Part shown: positions 28,944-38,186 of the stretch, in pieces | Numbering within the stretch: the first letter of the stretch is position 1 | Layout of the letters: the number at the start of each line of letters is the position of its first letter | Source of the DNA: a virus | Lineage: Duplodnaviria > Caudoviricetes | IMG/VR virus record: IMGVR_UViG_3300027754_000035 | Reading direction: 5' to 3' (one strand) | Length of the DNA stretch: 64,000 nt | The notes under the pieces: model-generated | What the model saw: only the letters and a program-made list of their open reading frames with translations | What the model was told of the DNA's origin: nothing | Databases searched by the model: none | Translations under genes and position numbers: made by a program

Positions 28944-30382
28944 TTACTTTCAAAAATTTATTGGTGGAAGGTGCAAAAGAAAATGCTGCGTTGGACTACT
29001 TGCAAAAGCTGGTTCAGAGTGGTCCTTTCAAGGGGCGGGTATATCTGGCTGGCGGAGCGGTTCGTGATATGCAACTTGGTAAAGATCCAAAAGATCTTGA
29101 CGTGGTTGTAACTGGCGGACTTGATGCTGGTATGGAGTTTGCAAAATGGGCAACTCAAACCATGAATAACTATAGTAATGGTAGCAATCCAGTGTTATTT
29201 CCAACATATGGTACTGCCAAGTTTACTCTTAAAGGTATTAAGCACAACGGCTTTGATCTGAGCGATATTGATATCGAAGCTGTGGCAACTCGTAAAGAGA
29301 AGTACACAACGGGTAGTCGTAAACCAGAGGTCAGTGCAGGCGATCTGGAGGACGATGTACACCGCCGTGATTTCACGGTCAATAGTTTGCTCAAGGATTT
29401 GACCACTGGCGAAATTTTGGATTTGACCGGAAAAGGCAAAGAGGACATTCGTAGGGGTATTATTCAGACTCCTTTGAATCCCGATGTCATCTTCACAGAA
29501 GATCCATTGCGTATGCTGCGTGCTGTTCGCTTTACCATGAAATATGGTTGGGAATTACCAATGTTCATGATCAGAGCGTTGAAGCGCAATGCTGCTCAGT
29601 TGCAGAACATTAGTGCCGAGCGTACCCGTGATGAGCTTGATAAAATGCTTGTGACGGGTAGCCCAGACCGTGCAATCAAGTTGTTGCGAATCACTGGACT
29701 GTTGAATTACATCATTCCAGAGTTCAAGACTGCTTACAAAATGACGCAGAACGTACACCATAAACGAGATGTGTTTGGTCACACCTTGGATGTGATGAAA
29801 GGTACCGACCCAGTGTTGTTGCAGCGTTTGATGGCATTGTTTCACGATATTGGCAAGACAGTTACTCGTAGTGTTACTCCCACGGGCGTACATTTCTATG
29901 GACATGAAGATGTTGGTGCTGATATGACCCGAGACATCATGCGCCGGTTGAAGTACCCAAATGAGCTTATTGATGCTGTTGTGTCTGGTGTAGCTAACCA
30001 CATGAAACTAAAGCATGGTGGCGATGATGCTGTGAAATTGAGTGACAAGACGTTGCGTAAGTTTAAGATTGCGTTGGGAGACAAGCTTGAAGACGTGTTG
30101 AATGTTATTCACGCTGACAACACGGCTCATAGCGAGGCAAGTAGTATGCCCAATCAGATTGTGAATGTTCGCAACCGATTGAAAGGATTGGAGGCTTCAA
30201 CTCCCAGCGAACCAAAACTACCCATCACTGGAAAAGATTTGATTGATATGGGCGTCAAACCGGGTCCAATTTTTAGCAAAATTCTTGCTGCTGTTACTGA
30301 AAAATGGTATGAGAATCCCAATATAACAACACAACAGGCTTTGCATATTGCCAAGTCTATTGTAAACTCACAACCAAAATGA
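28940..30382 (+). CDS. cca: tRNA nucleotidyltransferase (CCA-adding enzyme, class II) with HD domain
   Basis: GGAVRD..DLD, RKEKY..SRKP loop, RRDFTVN, EDPLRMLRAVRF, ISAERTRDEL, HD domain GHT..HDIGK..HEDVGA. Confidence 0.9.
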   Translation: MITFKNLLVEGAKENAALDYLQKLVQSGPFKGRVYLAGGAVRDMQLGKDPKDLDVVVTGGLDAGMEFAKWATQTMNNYSNGSNPVLFPTYGTAKFTLKGIKHNGFDLSDIDIEAVATRKEKYTTGSRKPEVSAGDLEDDVHRRDFTVNSLLKDLTTGEILDLTGKGKEDIRRGIIQTPLNPDVIFTEDPLRMLRAVRFTMKYGWELPMFMIRALKRNAAQLQNISAERTRDELDKMLVTGSPDRAIKLLRITGLLNYIIPEFKTAYKMTQNVHHKRDVFGHTLDVMKGTDPVLLQRLMALFHDIGKTVTRSVTPTGVHFYGHEDVGADMTRDIMRRLKYPNELIDAVVSGVANHMKLKHGGDDAVKLSDKTLRKFKIALGDKLEDVLNVIHADNTAHSEASSMPNQIVNVRNRLKGLEASTPSEPKLPITGKDLIDMGVKPGPIFSKILAAVTEKWYENPNITTQQALHIAKSIVNSQPK

Positions 30383-31398
30383 TTAAACTTACAGACATAC
30401 TACAACAAAGTGTGATCAAACTCACCGAAGGTGGTAAGCTTTTTGGTAGTAGAGCACAACGTGTGGCTACTGCTGAAATGAATGCTATTTTTGATGAGCT
30501 TAAAAAACGACTGGGTAGTCGGTTTGAAAAGTTTCAGTTGAGCAAAGCTTTGCCATCCAAGGCAGACCATGGTGATATTGATATTGTCATTAGTGGCAAC
30601 TCTGATGTCAAGAAAGCGTTGTTTACTTACTTGGGGCCATTGATCAAAGACTATAGTAAGAATGGCGATATCTATAGTGTGTTGTATAGCAGCGAAACTG
30701 GCAAGACTGTTCATGTAGACTTTTTGTATGCTTCTGCTGATGACTATGATGCTCAATATGACTATTTGAGCTACAACGACTTCAGTGGTATTCTGGGTGT
30801 GTTTGCTCGCAGATTGCGTTTCAAGTATGGAACTGATGGTTTCTTCAAAATCTATGAAGACAAGCGGGGACAATATCATTATATTCTGTTGACCAAGAAT
30901 CTGCGTGACGGACTCAAAATGTTGGGCTATGCACCAATTCTATCAAAGTTTGATGACATCAAAACACTCGACGACATTGTTGAATTTATTAGCTACACCG
31001 ATTTATTTGATAGCTCATATTTTGAAGGTGTGGGTCATAACAACAGTGATCGCAAGCGTATGCGAGCAGGCCGTCCTAGTGCTCAAGAACTCAAAGCCAA
31101 GCTGATTGCGTTGAACAAACGCAGAACTCAACCAGACGACGAACATTACGTCAAAACACTGTTTCCAGACAAGTATGCTGACTTGGTAAAGAAACAAGCC
31201 GAGATTGAAGCTTTTGCTCCTGTGAAGGGCAAATATGGTGGCGATTGGATTCTACAAAACTTTCCACAAATCAAACCTGGCCCAGCTCTTGGAAAAATCA
31301 AGTTGTTTTGGACTCAGAAATATGGTGATAAACTCGATAATGTTTCTGATGATGAACTCCGTAACGTGACCGCTGAGTTTTTGAAAACACTAAAATGA
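30379..31398 (+). CDS. Pol-beta superfamily nucleotidyltransferase of unknown specificity
   Basis: KADHGDIDIV (DxD), VHVDF third Asp; C-terminal IKPGPALGKI helix like the tail of the adjacent CCA enzyme. Confidence 0.6.
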   Translation: MIKLTDILQQSVIKLTEGGKLFGSRAQRVATAEMNAIFDELKKRLGSRFEKFQLSKALPSKADHGDIDIVISGNSDVKKALFTYLGPLIKDYSKNGDIYSVLYSSETGKTVHVDFLYASADDYDAQYDYLSYNDFSGILGVFARRLRFKYGTDGFFKIYEDKRGQYHYILLTKNLRDGLKMLGYAPILSKFDDIKTLDDIVEFISYTDLFDSSYFEGVGHNNSDRKRMRAGRPSAQELKAKLIALNKRRTQPDDEHYVKTLFPDKYADLVKKQAEIEAFAPVKGKYGGDWILQNFPQIKPGPALGKIKLFWTQKYGDKLDNVSDDELRNVTAEFLKTLK

Positions 31399-31688
31399 AG
31401 CCTTATAGTGAGGTAAAATTAGATAAAAATCAATACATTAGATCATTTAGCTCCAAGGTGAAAACCGAGGAGCTTGAATGGCATTTGGACCGAGAAGATA
31501 GAGTTATTGATGTTTTGGAAAACGATGGTGGTTGGATGATACAATTAGACAATAAGTTACCTTCTTTACTCAAGGAAACGATATTTATACCTAAAGAAAC
31601 TTATCACCGTGTTATAAAGGGCACAGGAGGGTTAGTAGTAAGAATCACCAAATTGTATGAATCCAACAGTACAAAACACACTGGCTAA
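31395..31688 (+). CDS. Small cupin-fold protein
   Basis: WHLDREDR...IFIPKETYHRVIKG two-His cupin pattern. Confidence 0.6.
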   Translation: MKPYSEVKLDKNQYIRSFSSKVKTEELEWHLDREDRVIDVLENDGGWMIQLDNKLPSLLKETIFIPKETYHRVIKGTGGLVVRITKLYESNSTKHTG

Positions 31689-31794
31689 AATTCTTAAAGT
31701 AAAAAAGCTAAAAGAAGAAAAGCAACGTAAAGAGGCGTTGGCAAAGTTGCCGCCTGTTTCAGAGTACAAACTTCTGGCATCGTTATTACTATGA
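31657..31794 (+). CDS. 45-aa basic peptide not in the ORF track
   Basis: MNPTVQNTLAKILKVKKLKEEKQRKEALAKLPPVSEYKLLASLLL; its TGA overlaps the next ATG (ATGA). Confidence 0.45.
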   Translation: MNPTVQNTLAKILKVKKLKEEKQRKEALAKLPPVSEYKLLASLLL

Positions 31795-32513
31795 GTAAAA
31801 AATTAAGAGTCTTTGATTTTGACGATACGCTTTTTCATACATCTGGCAAAGTGATTGTTGCACATGCGGATGGTTCTACTGATCAGTTTACACCCGCACA
31901 GTATGCAGTTTATGAACCACGATCTGGTGACAAGTTTGATTTTTCTCAGTTTGTATCGGTTGTAGATCCAAAAGTTATTCGTCCGGTCGCCAAGAGATTC
32001 TATAAAATTGTGAATGCTGGTGATGATGGTCGTTTGACTGTAATTTTAACAGCCCGAGGTCCAGATAGTGTGCCTCATATACAAAATATACTTCAAAAAT
32101 ATTTTCGTGTAAATATTCCAATTATTGCGGTGAATAGTAGCAATCCACAGACCAAGGCAGATTGGATTAAAAATAAAATTGATGCTGGCTTTGACGATGT
32201 GTTTTTTGTGGATGACAGTCCCAAGAACATCAAGGCTGTGTATGTCGCAGTAAAAGATCTGCCAATCAAATACAAAATTGTTGATTTGTCAGGACCACGC
32301 AGATTCCAGGCCGACAACAGGCCAGGTCAGAGTCAACCCATCACTGAGATTAAAACTGGAGATATTTTGAGAGAATTCAATGGAAAACGTCTAGAAAATA
32401 TCAGAGTTGCGTTTAATGATCGGGGTGATGTTGATTTGTTGGAGTTGTATTTTGAAGATAGTTACAAAGCATTAGTTATTGATGGTGAACACTTGGATGC
32501 TAGAATAGTTTAG
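31791..32513 (+). CDS. HAD-superfamily phosphatase (PNKP 3'-phosphatase-like) with C-terminal extension
   Basis: VFDFDDTLF motif I, LTAR motif II, K, FVDDSPKN motif IV. Confidence 0.75.
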   Translation: MSKKLRVFDFDDTLFHTSGKVIVAHADGSTDQFTPAQYAVYEPRSGDKFDFSQFVSVVDPKVIRPVAKRFYKIVNAGDDGRLTVILTARGPDSVPHIQNILQKYFRVNIPIIAVNSSNPQTKADWIKNKIDAGFDDVFFVDDSPKNIKAVYVAVKDLPIKYKIVDLSGPRRFQADNRPGQSQPITEIKTGDILREFNGKRLENIRVAFNDRGDVDLLELYFEDSYKALVIDGEHLDARIV

Positions 32514-32541
32514 AAATTGGCACTAATATCGAACCGCACGA

Positions 32542-32549
32542 TATTTATA
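32542..32549 (+). promoter_or_regulatory. Late-promoter-like TATTTATA box (neck operon)
   Basis: 4 nt before ATG 32554. Confidence 0.65.
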
Positions 32550-32553
32550 TTTA

Positions 32554-33792
32554 ATGAGTGCTAAATTAGACCAAGACAGGGTGCGCTGGCCGGGCAGCGG
32601 TAGTATCGTGAACTTAGCATCTGTGCCGTTCGGATATTATTTGGGCGAACGTTGTACCGGTGGCGAGACCACATTTGAGAACGATTGTAGTGGTAGTGCC
32701 ATGTGGGCGGCAAAACGGTTGGGGTATCCGATAGTAGATATCGAAATGATCGATGTTAATTTTTATGCTTGCTTTGAAGAATCTGTTTTGGAGTATAACC
32801 GTGTGGTCAATGAGTTCAATATTGTTAACAACATGGTTAACGTGCAGGGTCTTCCACAAGATAAATATAAAAATCTCACGGGTCTTGCAGTCAAAGGTAC
32901 AGGTTTACCATTTGTTGTACAACTCAGCAAGCAATATGGATCTGAAGCCCTTTTGGGTGGTGAAGTGCAACTGAAGCGTTGTTCTATACCAACTAGTTCC
33001 AGTATGAGCAGTTCTTATGGTGGTGGTAAGGGAACTCAACAAGTATACGATTTGAATAAGTTGATTGGTCGTGACGTTGAACATTTAAGTAGTTCTCGTA
33101 TTGAAGTCAGACGTGTATTCCACTATAGAGCACCAGCAGTGGCTCGTATTTATGATCCGTTCAGCATGACAGGTATGAGCTACAGCAACGTGTTGGGAGA
33201 ATTAGGATTCGGTGGCTATAGTCCTGCTACACAATTTTTGATGACGCCTATCTTTGAGGACTTGGAACGTATTCAAGCTATTGACTTCAACGACATGGTT
33301 CGTAAGAGCGCATTTGGGTTTGAAATTTATGGCAACAATTTGTTGAGAATTTTTCCAATTCCCAACTATGATTTCAAGATCTATATTGAGTACTACGTTG
33401 AGAGCGACAAGGACATTACTAATTTTACTAGTGGTAGCAGATATCAATATATCAGCGATCCAAGCGATGTGCCATATGAATATTGCACATATTGTAAGAT
33501 AAATCAACCCGGTAAGCAGTGGATTAAAAAATATTTTCTGGCGTTGTGTAAAGAAACTTTGGGTCGTATTCTTCAGAAATATACTCAGATACCAATTCCC
33601 GGCGATAGTGTTACCATGGATGGTGCTGAACTGCGTGCCGAGGCCAAGGACGAAATGTCCAATCTTCTTGAGAAATTACGAGAGATGTTGGACAAATCAT
33701 TGCGTGTCAATCAGTTAGAAAATAAAGACAAAGAAACTGAGGCAATGCATAAAATGTTGTCAAGAGTTCCCCTTAAAATTTATATAGGCTAA
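32554..33792 (+). CDS. Neck protein (T4 gp13-like)
   Basis: WAAKRLGYPIVDIEM, WIKKYFLALCKETLG, C-terminal PLKIYIG. Confidence 0.8.
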   Translation: MSAKLDQDRVRWPGSGSIVNLASVPFGYYLGERCTGGETTFENDCSGSAMWAAKRLGYPIVDIEMIDVNFYACFEESVLEYNRVVNEFNIVNNMVNVQGLPQDKYKNLTGLAVKGTGLPFVVQLSKQYGSEALLGGEVQLKRCSIPTSSSMSSSYGGGKGTQQVYDLNKLIGRDVEHLSSSRIEVRRVFHYRAPAVARIYDPFSMTGMSYSNVLGELGFGGYSPATQFLMTPIFEDLERIQAIDFNDMVRKSAFGFEIYGNNLLRIFPIPNYDFKIYIEYYVESDKDITNFTSGSRYQYISDPSDVPYEYCTYCKINQPGKQWIKKYFLALCKETLGRILQKYTQIPIPGDSVTMDGAELRAEAKDEMSNLLEKLREMLDKSLRVNQLENKDKETEAMHKMLSRVPLKIYIG

Positions 33793-33795
33793 TTT

Positions 33796-34362
33796 ATGGC
33801 AGCACCAACAACCAAACAGTACCCCAAGAATTTGTTCCCCGAGTATTGGACAAATGGTCGTAAAGACATTGGTATTTATAGCTCAAACTATTCACCGGGT
33901 CGATTCTTTTCACGGCGTGATATGAATCTTTTGGGATCAATCAATTCTGAATTATTTGGTGACATTGTTGAAAATGTTATTCAGTTGTTCAAAATTGCGT
34001 CGGCCGAGACCAAAGTTAACATTTATGGTGAGTCTAGCTCCGATACTGGCAAAACTTTTTATCCAGGTATTGATATGACTGCGTTGATTCAACGAGAGGA
34101 TATAACTGGCGATGATAATGGTGGTTTTGGTCCAGACCGAAATCAAAGTGTGGTTTATAAATTTCGTGAGCGTGATTGTATCACAACAGGATTCTTTCCC
34201 GAGATTGGCGATGTTGTGTTGTATAATGAAAGATTCTATGAAGTTGATAATGTGATTCAAGAACAATTTTTGGGTGGCCACCCCGACAAGTCTTGGAGCT
34301 TTATTTGCAATACTCACTATAGCAGACTAAGCAAACTAAACGTAGTGGAAAGACAATCATAA
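33796..34362 (+). CDS. Neck/head-closure protein (T4 gp14-like)
   Basis: TKVNIYGE, FPEIGDVVLYNERFYEV; follows gp13-like. Confidence 0.7.
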   Translation: MAAPTTKQYPKNLFPEYWTNGRKDIGIYSSNYSPGRFFSRRDMNLLGSINSELFGDIVENVIQLFKIASAETKVNIYGESSSDTGKTFYPGIDMTALIQREDITGDDNGGFGPDRNQSVVYKFRERDCITTGFFPEIGDVVLYNERFYEVDNVIQEQFLGGHPDKSWSFICNTHYSRLSKLNVVERQS

Positions 34363-34365
34363 TTT

Positions 34366-35823
34366 ATGTCATGGAAAGGTAATCCAACTTCTAAGCAGCA
34401 AGACGGATTGGGCATCAATCCTGCTCCAAATATCCGACAAGAAACTTCAAATTTGTCGGACATTCGCAGTTCTGAGGTTCAGTCACAAGATACGGGTCTT
34501 GTTATTTCTGGTCGTATACGACAACTTCCTTCGGACCATAGTACAACGATTCCTTTGGTTGGACCATACAACAAAGAATTTGCAGTTCGTAGAGACAATG
34601 ATAAGACTGAGAATTTTTCTGTTAGTCTTCTCGATGTCGATACCACCATCATCAACCACATGTCAAGCCGCCTTGATTTGAACGTCATGGATAATGGTGA
34701 TTTGATCAAGGTTCCAATTTTGTATGCAAGCCCCGAGCGTTGGAATTCTGTAAAACGTGATGGTTATTTGCGAGATAATCAAGGAAAAATACTGTTGCCC
34801 GCAATACTCATAAAAAGAACCACGGTAAGTAACAACAAAGACTTGATGACGTTGAATCGATATTTGTCGTATCAAGTTGTCACCCAATTTGATGAAAAAA
34901 ATAAATATGACAAGTTTAACATATTAAATTTTGGTAATCCATTCAAAAATAAACCAACCAAGCAAATTTTCAATGTTACGTTACCAGACCATGTATTGAT
35001 AACATACGAATGTATGTTGTGGACGGATTATGTGGATCAGAACAACAAGTTGTTGGAAAAAATCAATTTTGGCACACATGATTATTGGGGTGTAGGTGAC
35101 TTTAGATTCAGAACCAGAATTGATGATTATACGAACACCGTTGAGTTGGGTGCTGGCGAAGATAGAAATGTAAAGACCACATTTAATTTGACGGTCAATG
35201 CATATCTTTTACCAAAGACTCTGGATGGTGTAAAATCTACAACCTTCAAAACATTTACTGTTAGAAAAATTATTGTGAGTGACAGACTCGTCGATAGTGA
35301 CCAAATGGCTACTTTGCAAAAAAATCAAAATCCGTTGGGACCATATTCTTATTTGAAAGACGTGGGGGTTCTGTATCGGACCGGTGATGGATCGTCTGTT
35401 CCTGATCTTAAGTTGGATCCTGTTGTTGTTAAAATTCCTTTTCACCCAGCACCAAAAACCTCATCCGATTACGGCGAGAGTGGTTGGTTGGCATACGATG
35501 GTAATTACATATATGTTTATCACAATCATTCGGGATGGCTGCGTAAACCAATTCCAGTTTTTGACTACGATGCCGATGCAGGCCGTTATATCAGTGGATA
35601 TGATTGCAACAACCAACCTATTTACACAAATAGTGTGCGACCGATCAACACGGCGTTTCGTGTGTTTCAAAGATTTCCTGACAAGTTTTATCATCAAGTT
35701 CCATACCAATCGTCGGATTATGGCCAAGATGGTTGGATCAGCTACGACGGAAACTATTTTTACATATATTCAGTTGGAGAATGGCACAGAATACCAATTA
35801 GTCTGATTAATGAGTCGTTTTAA
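34366..35823 (+). CDS. Tail terminator/sheath stabilizer (T4 gp15-like) with duplicated C-terminal aromatic module
   Basis: VPILYASPERW, ILLPAILI, LPDHVLITYE; two DYG..GW.SYDGNY.Y.Y repeats. Confidence 0.7.
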   Translation: MSWKGNPTSKQQDGLGINPAPNIRQETSNLSDIRSSEVQSQDTGLVISGRIRQLPSDHSTTIPLVGPYNKEFAVRRDNDKTENFSVSLLDVDTTIINHMSSRLDLNVMDNGDLIKVPILYASPERWNSVKRDGYLRDNQGKILLPAILIKRTTVSNNKDLMTLNRYLSYQVVTQFDEKNKYDKFNILNFGNPFKNKPTKQIFNVTLPDHVLITYECMLWTDYVDQNNKLLEKINFGTHDYWGVGDFRFRTRIDDYTNTVELGAGEDRNVKTTFNLTVNAYLLPKTLDGVKSTTFKTFTVRKIIVSDRLVDSDQMATLQKNQNPLGPYSYLKDVGVLYRTGDGSSVPDLKLDPVVVKIPFHPAPKTSSDYGESGWLAYDGNYIYVYHNHSGWLRKPIPVFDYDADAGRYISGYDCNNQPIYTNSVRPINTAFRVFQRFPDKFYHQVPYQSSDYGQDGWISYDGNYFYIYSVGEWHRIPISLINESF

Positions 35824-35866
35824 TTTTGTGTAAGTAAAACTAGTTTCTATTTATATTGGATCAACT

Positions 35867-37243
35867 ATGATTTTTGCAGAAAACGATTTATTACTAAGTC
35901 GGCGCAGTTCAGGTTCATTTAGTGAGCAGGTCATACGACCACAAACTGCGTCGGTTTTTTCGTTTGATGAAAACCTGCGTCCATATGCAGTTCCATCAGC
36001 GTCTTTGAATGTGGGTTATGCTACCCACGCTCTGAGTGCGTCATATGCTCCTGGTAGTAGTGCCGTAAAGGATCTTGTTCTAGTTACTAACGGTACAGCA
36101 ACCACGATCAATAAAGGTCAAGTGGTCCGTGTTATTGGTAGCACTGGTAGTCCAAATGTTGTAGTTGATTTGGCTGTATCCATGATTCATATCTTGGGTA
36201 CCGATATTAGAAGTGATGTTTTGGGCGTTGCGGCAGAGTCTATAGGCAGTGGGTCTGTTGGTCATGTGATGTTGAGTGGGTATTTGGATGGTATCAATAC
36301 CAACACTGGTTATAGTGACGGCGATGTTATCTATCTCAGCGCAACAATTTCTGGTTCATTCACAAACATACGCCCACACGCTCCAGTGGACGTTGTAAAA
36401 ATTGGGTATGTTACCACAGTTAATAGTACAAATGGTGCAATTTTTGTCAATCTAAAACAACCAGTTACGCTGGATGAAATCAGCAACATCAGTAGTAGTG
36501 CATCTCCAAAAAATGGTGCATTCATGGTGTATGACTCTATTAATGGTGTTTGGGTAGACAAGAGTAGTGGATTAATATTGAGTGGTAGTTTGAGCGGTAG
36601 CAACGTTGATGCTGGCACTTTGATGGCTGGTACTGCTGTTGTTGAGGATCAACTCACAACGCTCAATGCTACTGTCAATAACGATTTGGATGTTCTTAAC
36701 GACGTTATTGTTGGTAGAGATTTGCATGTTGAGCGGCAGATAATTGCTAGTGGTAGTGCCGCACCATTCAAAGTTATTAGCAAAGTTGATGGTACCGCCG
36801 TATTCTATATTACTGGAAGTCGTATCGGTGTCAACGACAAAATGGACCCTGCGTTCAATTTTGAAATTAATGGTAGCTTTGCTGCGACCACAAAGTCATT
36901 CGTTATTGATCACCAAGAGTTGCCCGGAAAACGTTTGGTTCACGCAACTTTAGAAGGTCCAGAACATGCTGTATTTGTGCGTGGTCGAAGCAATAATATG
37001 GTGATTGAATTCCCAGACTATTGGACGTGGTTGATTGATGAAAACACAGTTACTGTACATCTTACCGCAATTGGATCTCCCGATACCTATTATGTGGAAA
37101 AAGTTGAGGGTAACAAAGCTTATATTGCTGTAGATCGTAAGACCAGCTTTTTCAAAAAGATGTTTACACAACCAAAAGTAGATTTCTACTATATGGTTAA
37201 CGCCGAGCGTAAGGACGTAGATAAGCTACAAACTATAATTTAA
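35867..37243 (+). CDS. Tail fibre/spike-like structural protein with C-terminal chaperone-like domain
   Basis: Beta-rich; KSFVIDH...RLVHATLEGPE...FPDYW C-terminal domain. Confidence 0.55.
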   Translation: MIFAENDLLLSRRSSGSFSEQVIRPQTASVFSFDENLRPYAVPSASLNVGYATHALSASYAPGSSAVKDLVLVTNGTATTINKGQVVRVIGSTGSPNVVVDLAVSMIHILGTDIRSDVLGVAAESIGSGSVGHVMLSGYLDGINTNTGYSDGDVIYLSATISGSFTNIRPHAPVDVVKIGYVTTVNSTNGAIFVNLKQPVTLDEISNISSSASPKNGAFMVYDSINGVWVDKSSGLILSGSLSGSNVDAGTLMAGTAVVEDQLTTLNATVNNDLDVLNDVIVGRDLHVERQIIASGSAAPFKVISKVDGTAVFYITGSRIGVNDKMDPAFNFEINGSFAATTKSFVIDHQELPGKRLVHATLEGPEHAVFVRGRSNNMVIEFPDYWTWLIDENTVTVHLTAIGSPDTYYVEKVEGNKAYIAVDRKTSFFKKMFTQPKVDFYYMVNAERKDVDKLQTII

Positions 37244-37284
37244 TAAAAAAAGAGCCAGTGCAAATCTGGCTGTATTTATATCAT

Positions 37285-37566
37285 ATGAGCGACAACGTTA
37301 TAAAATTCACAGAACTGGAAATGCAAGACATTGCAAAGCTTCAAGCAAACTATCAACAAAAGATTTTTGAGCTTGGACAACTAGAACTTGCAAAGGTGGA
37401 ACTTGAGCAGCAACAATCTGATTTGACAGACAGCCGCAACAAGCTGTTTGAGGAGTGGAAGCGAATTCAAGCACAAGAAAATTCATTGCTCAAGCAGCTT
37501 AGTGATAAGTATGGTGATGGCACTCTCAGTCTGAAAGATGGAACTTTTAAGCCTATTGCGAAATAA
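37285..37566 (+). CDS. Small coiled-coil protein (possible fibre assembly chaperone)
   Basis: ATG 4 nt after TATTTATA; heptad repeats; C-term KYGDGTLSLKDGTF. Confidence 0.6.
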   Translation: MSDNVIKFTELEMQDIAKLQANYQQKIFELGQLELAKVELEQQQSDLTDSRNKLFEEWKRIQAQENSLLKQLSDKYGDGTLSLKDGTFKPIAK

Positions 37567-37584
37567 TTCACATATTTATATTAT

Positions 37585-37797
37585 GTGAAAGTTAGGCTAC
37601 AACAATACAACGAGTCAGTTTATTACGAATCTCTGTTTGTCGATCCTGGGTTGGATGGCATCAGAGATTTTTTTGCTTGGTTTGCCAAAAATTATCAGAC
37701 TGGCAAAATAAAATTAGATATAAGTGTGGGTCTAAGCATAAAATATCTTGACATACCGGCTAAACAAAGTATAAGCTACGCCAGTGCTTGGTTGTAG
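37585..37797 (+). CDS. Hypothetical protein
   Basis: GTG 4 nt after TATTTATA (37573-37580). Confidence 0.45.
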   Translation: MKVRLQQYNESVYYESLFVDPGLDGIRDFFAWFAKNYQTGKIKLDISVGLSIKYLDIPAKQSISYASAWL

Positions 37798-37855
37798 TGC
37801 TTGGTTAAGCTTAGTAGCTTAGTAGCTCAGTGAGTAGTTCAATTACTAACCTGAT

Positions 37856-38173
37856 ATGAGTCAAAGAAAACCAAGAAGAAAGAGCAGGAAGAAGCAAACC
37901 AAGCAGGAACAGGCCCTGGTTATAGAAACCCATCTTAAGCAGCTTATACCTATATTTTTCAGAAGTCTTACAGATGCCAGTGGATACTGCTACAATCCAG
38001 CAGGTAAAACTCCAAAGATACTGATAGAAAAGAATCTACTACCCCGTAGAATGTTGAATGTGGTAATTGAAGAAGTGACGCACGCTTTCTTTTATGATCT
38101 ACCAGAATACAAGGTAAGAAAATTCAGTGCTCAATTAGGCCGAGTTATCTACAGTCTATTTCTCAAGAAGTGA
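37856..38173 (+). CDS. Small zincin-like protein with degenerate HExxH (EEVTH)
   Basis: VVIEEVTHAFF...E..V; basic N-terminus. Confidence 0.45.
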   Translation: MSQRKPRRKSRKKQTKQEQALVIETHLKQLIPIFFRSLTDASGYCYNPAGKTPKILIEKNLLPRRMLNVVIEEVTHAFFYDLPEYKVRKFSAQLGRVIYSLFLKK

Positions 38174-38186
38174 ATATTTATTAGAA

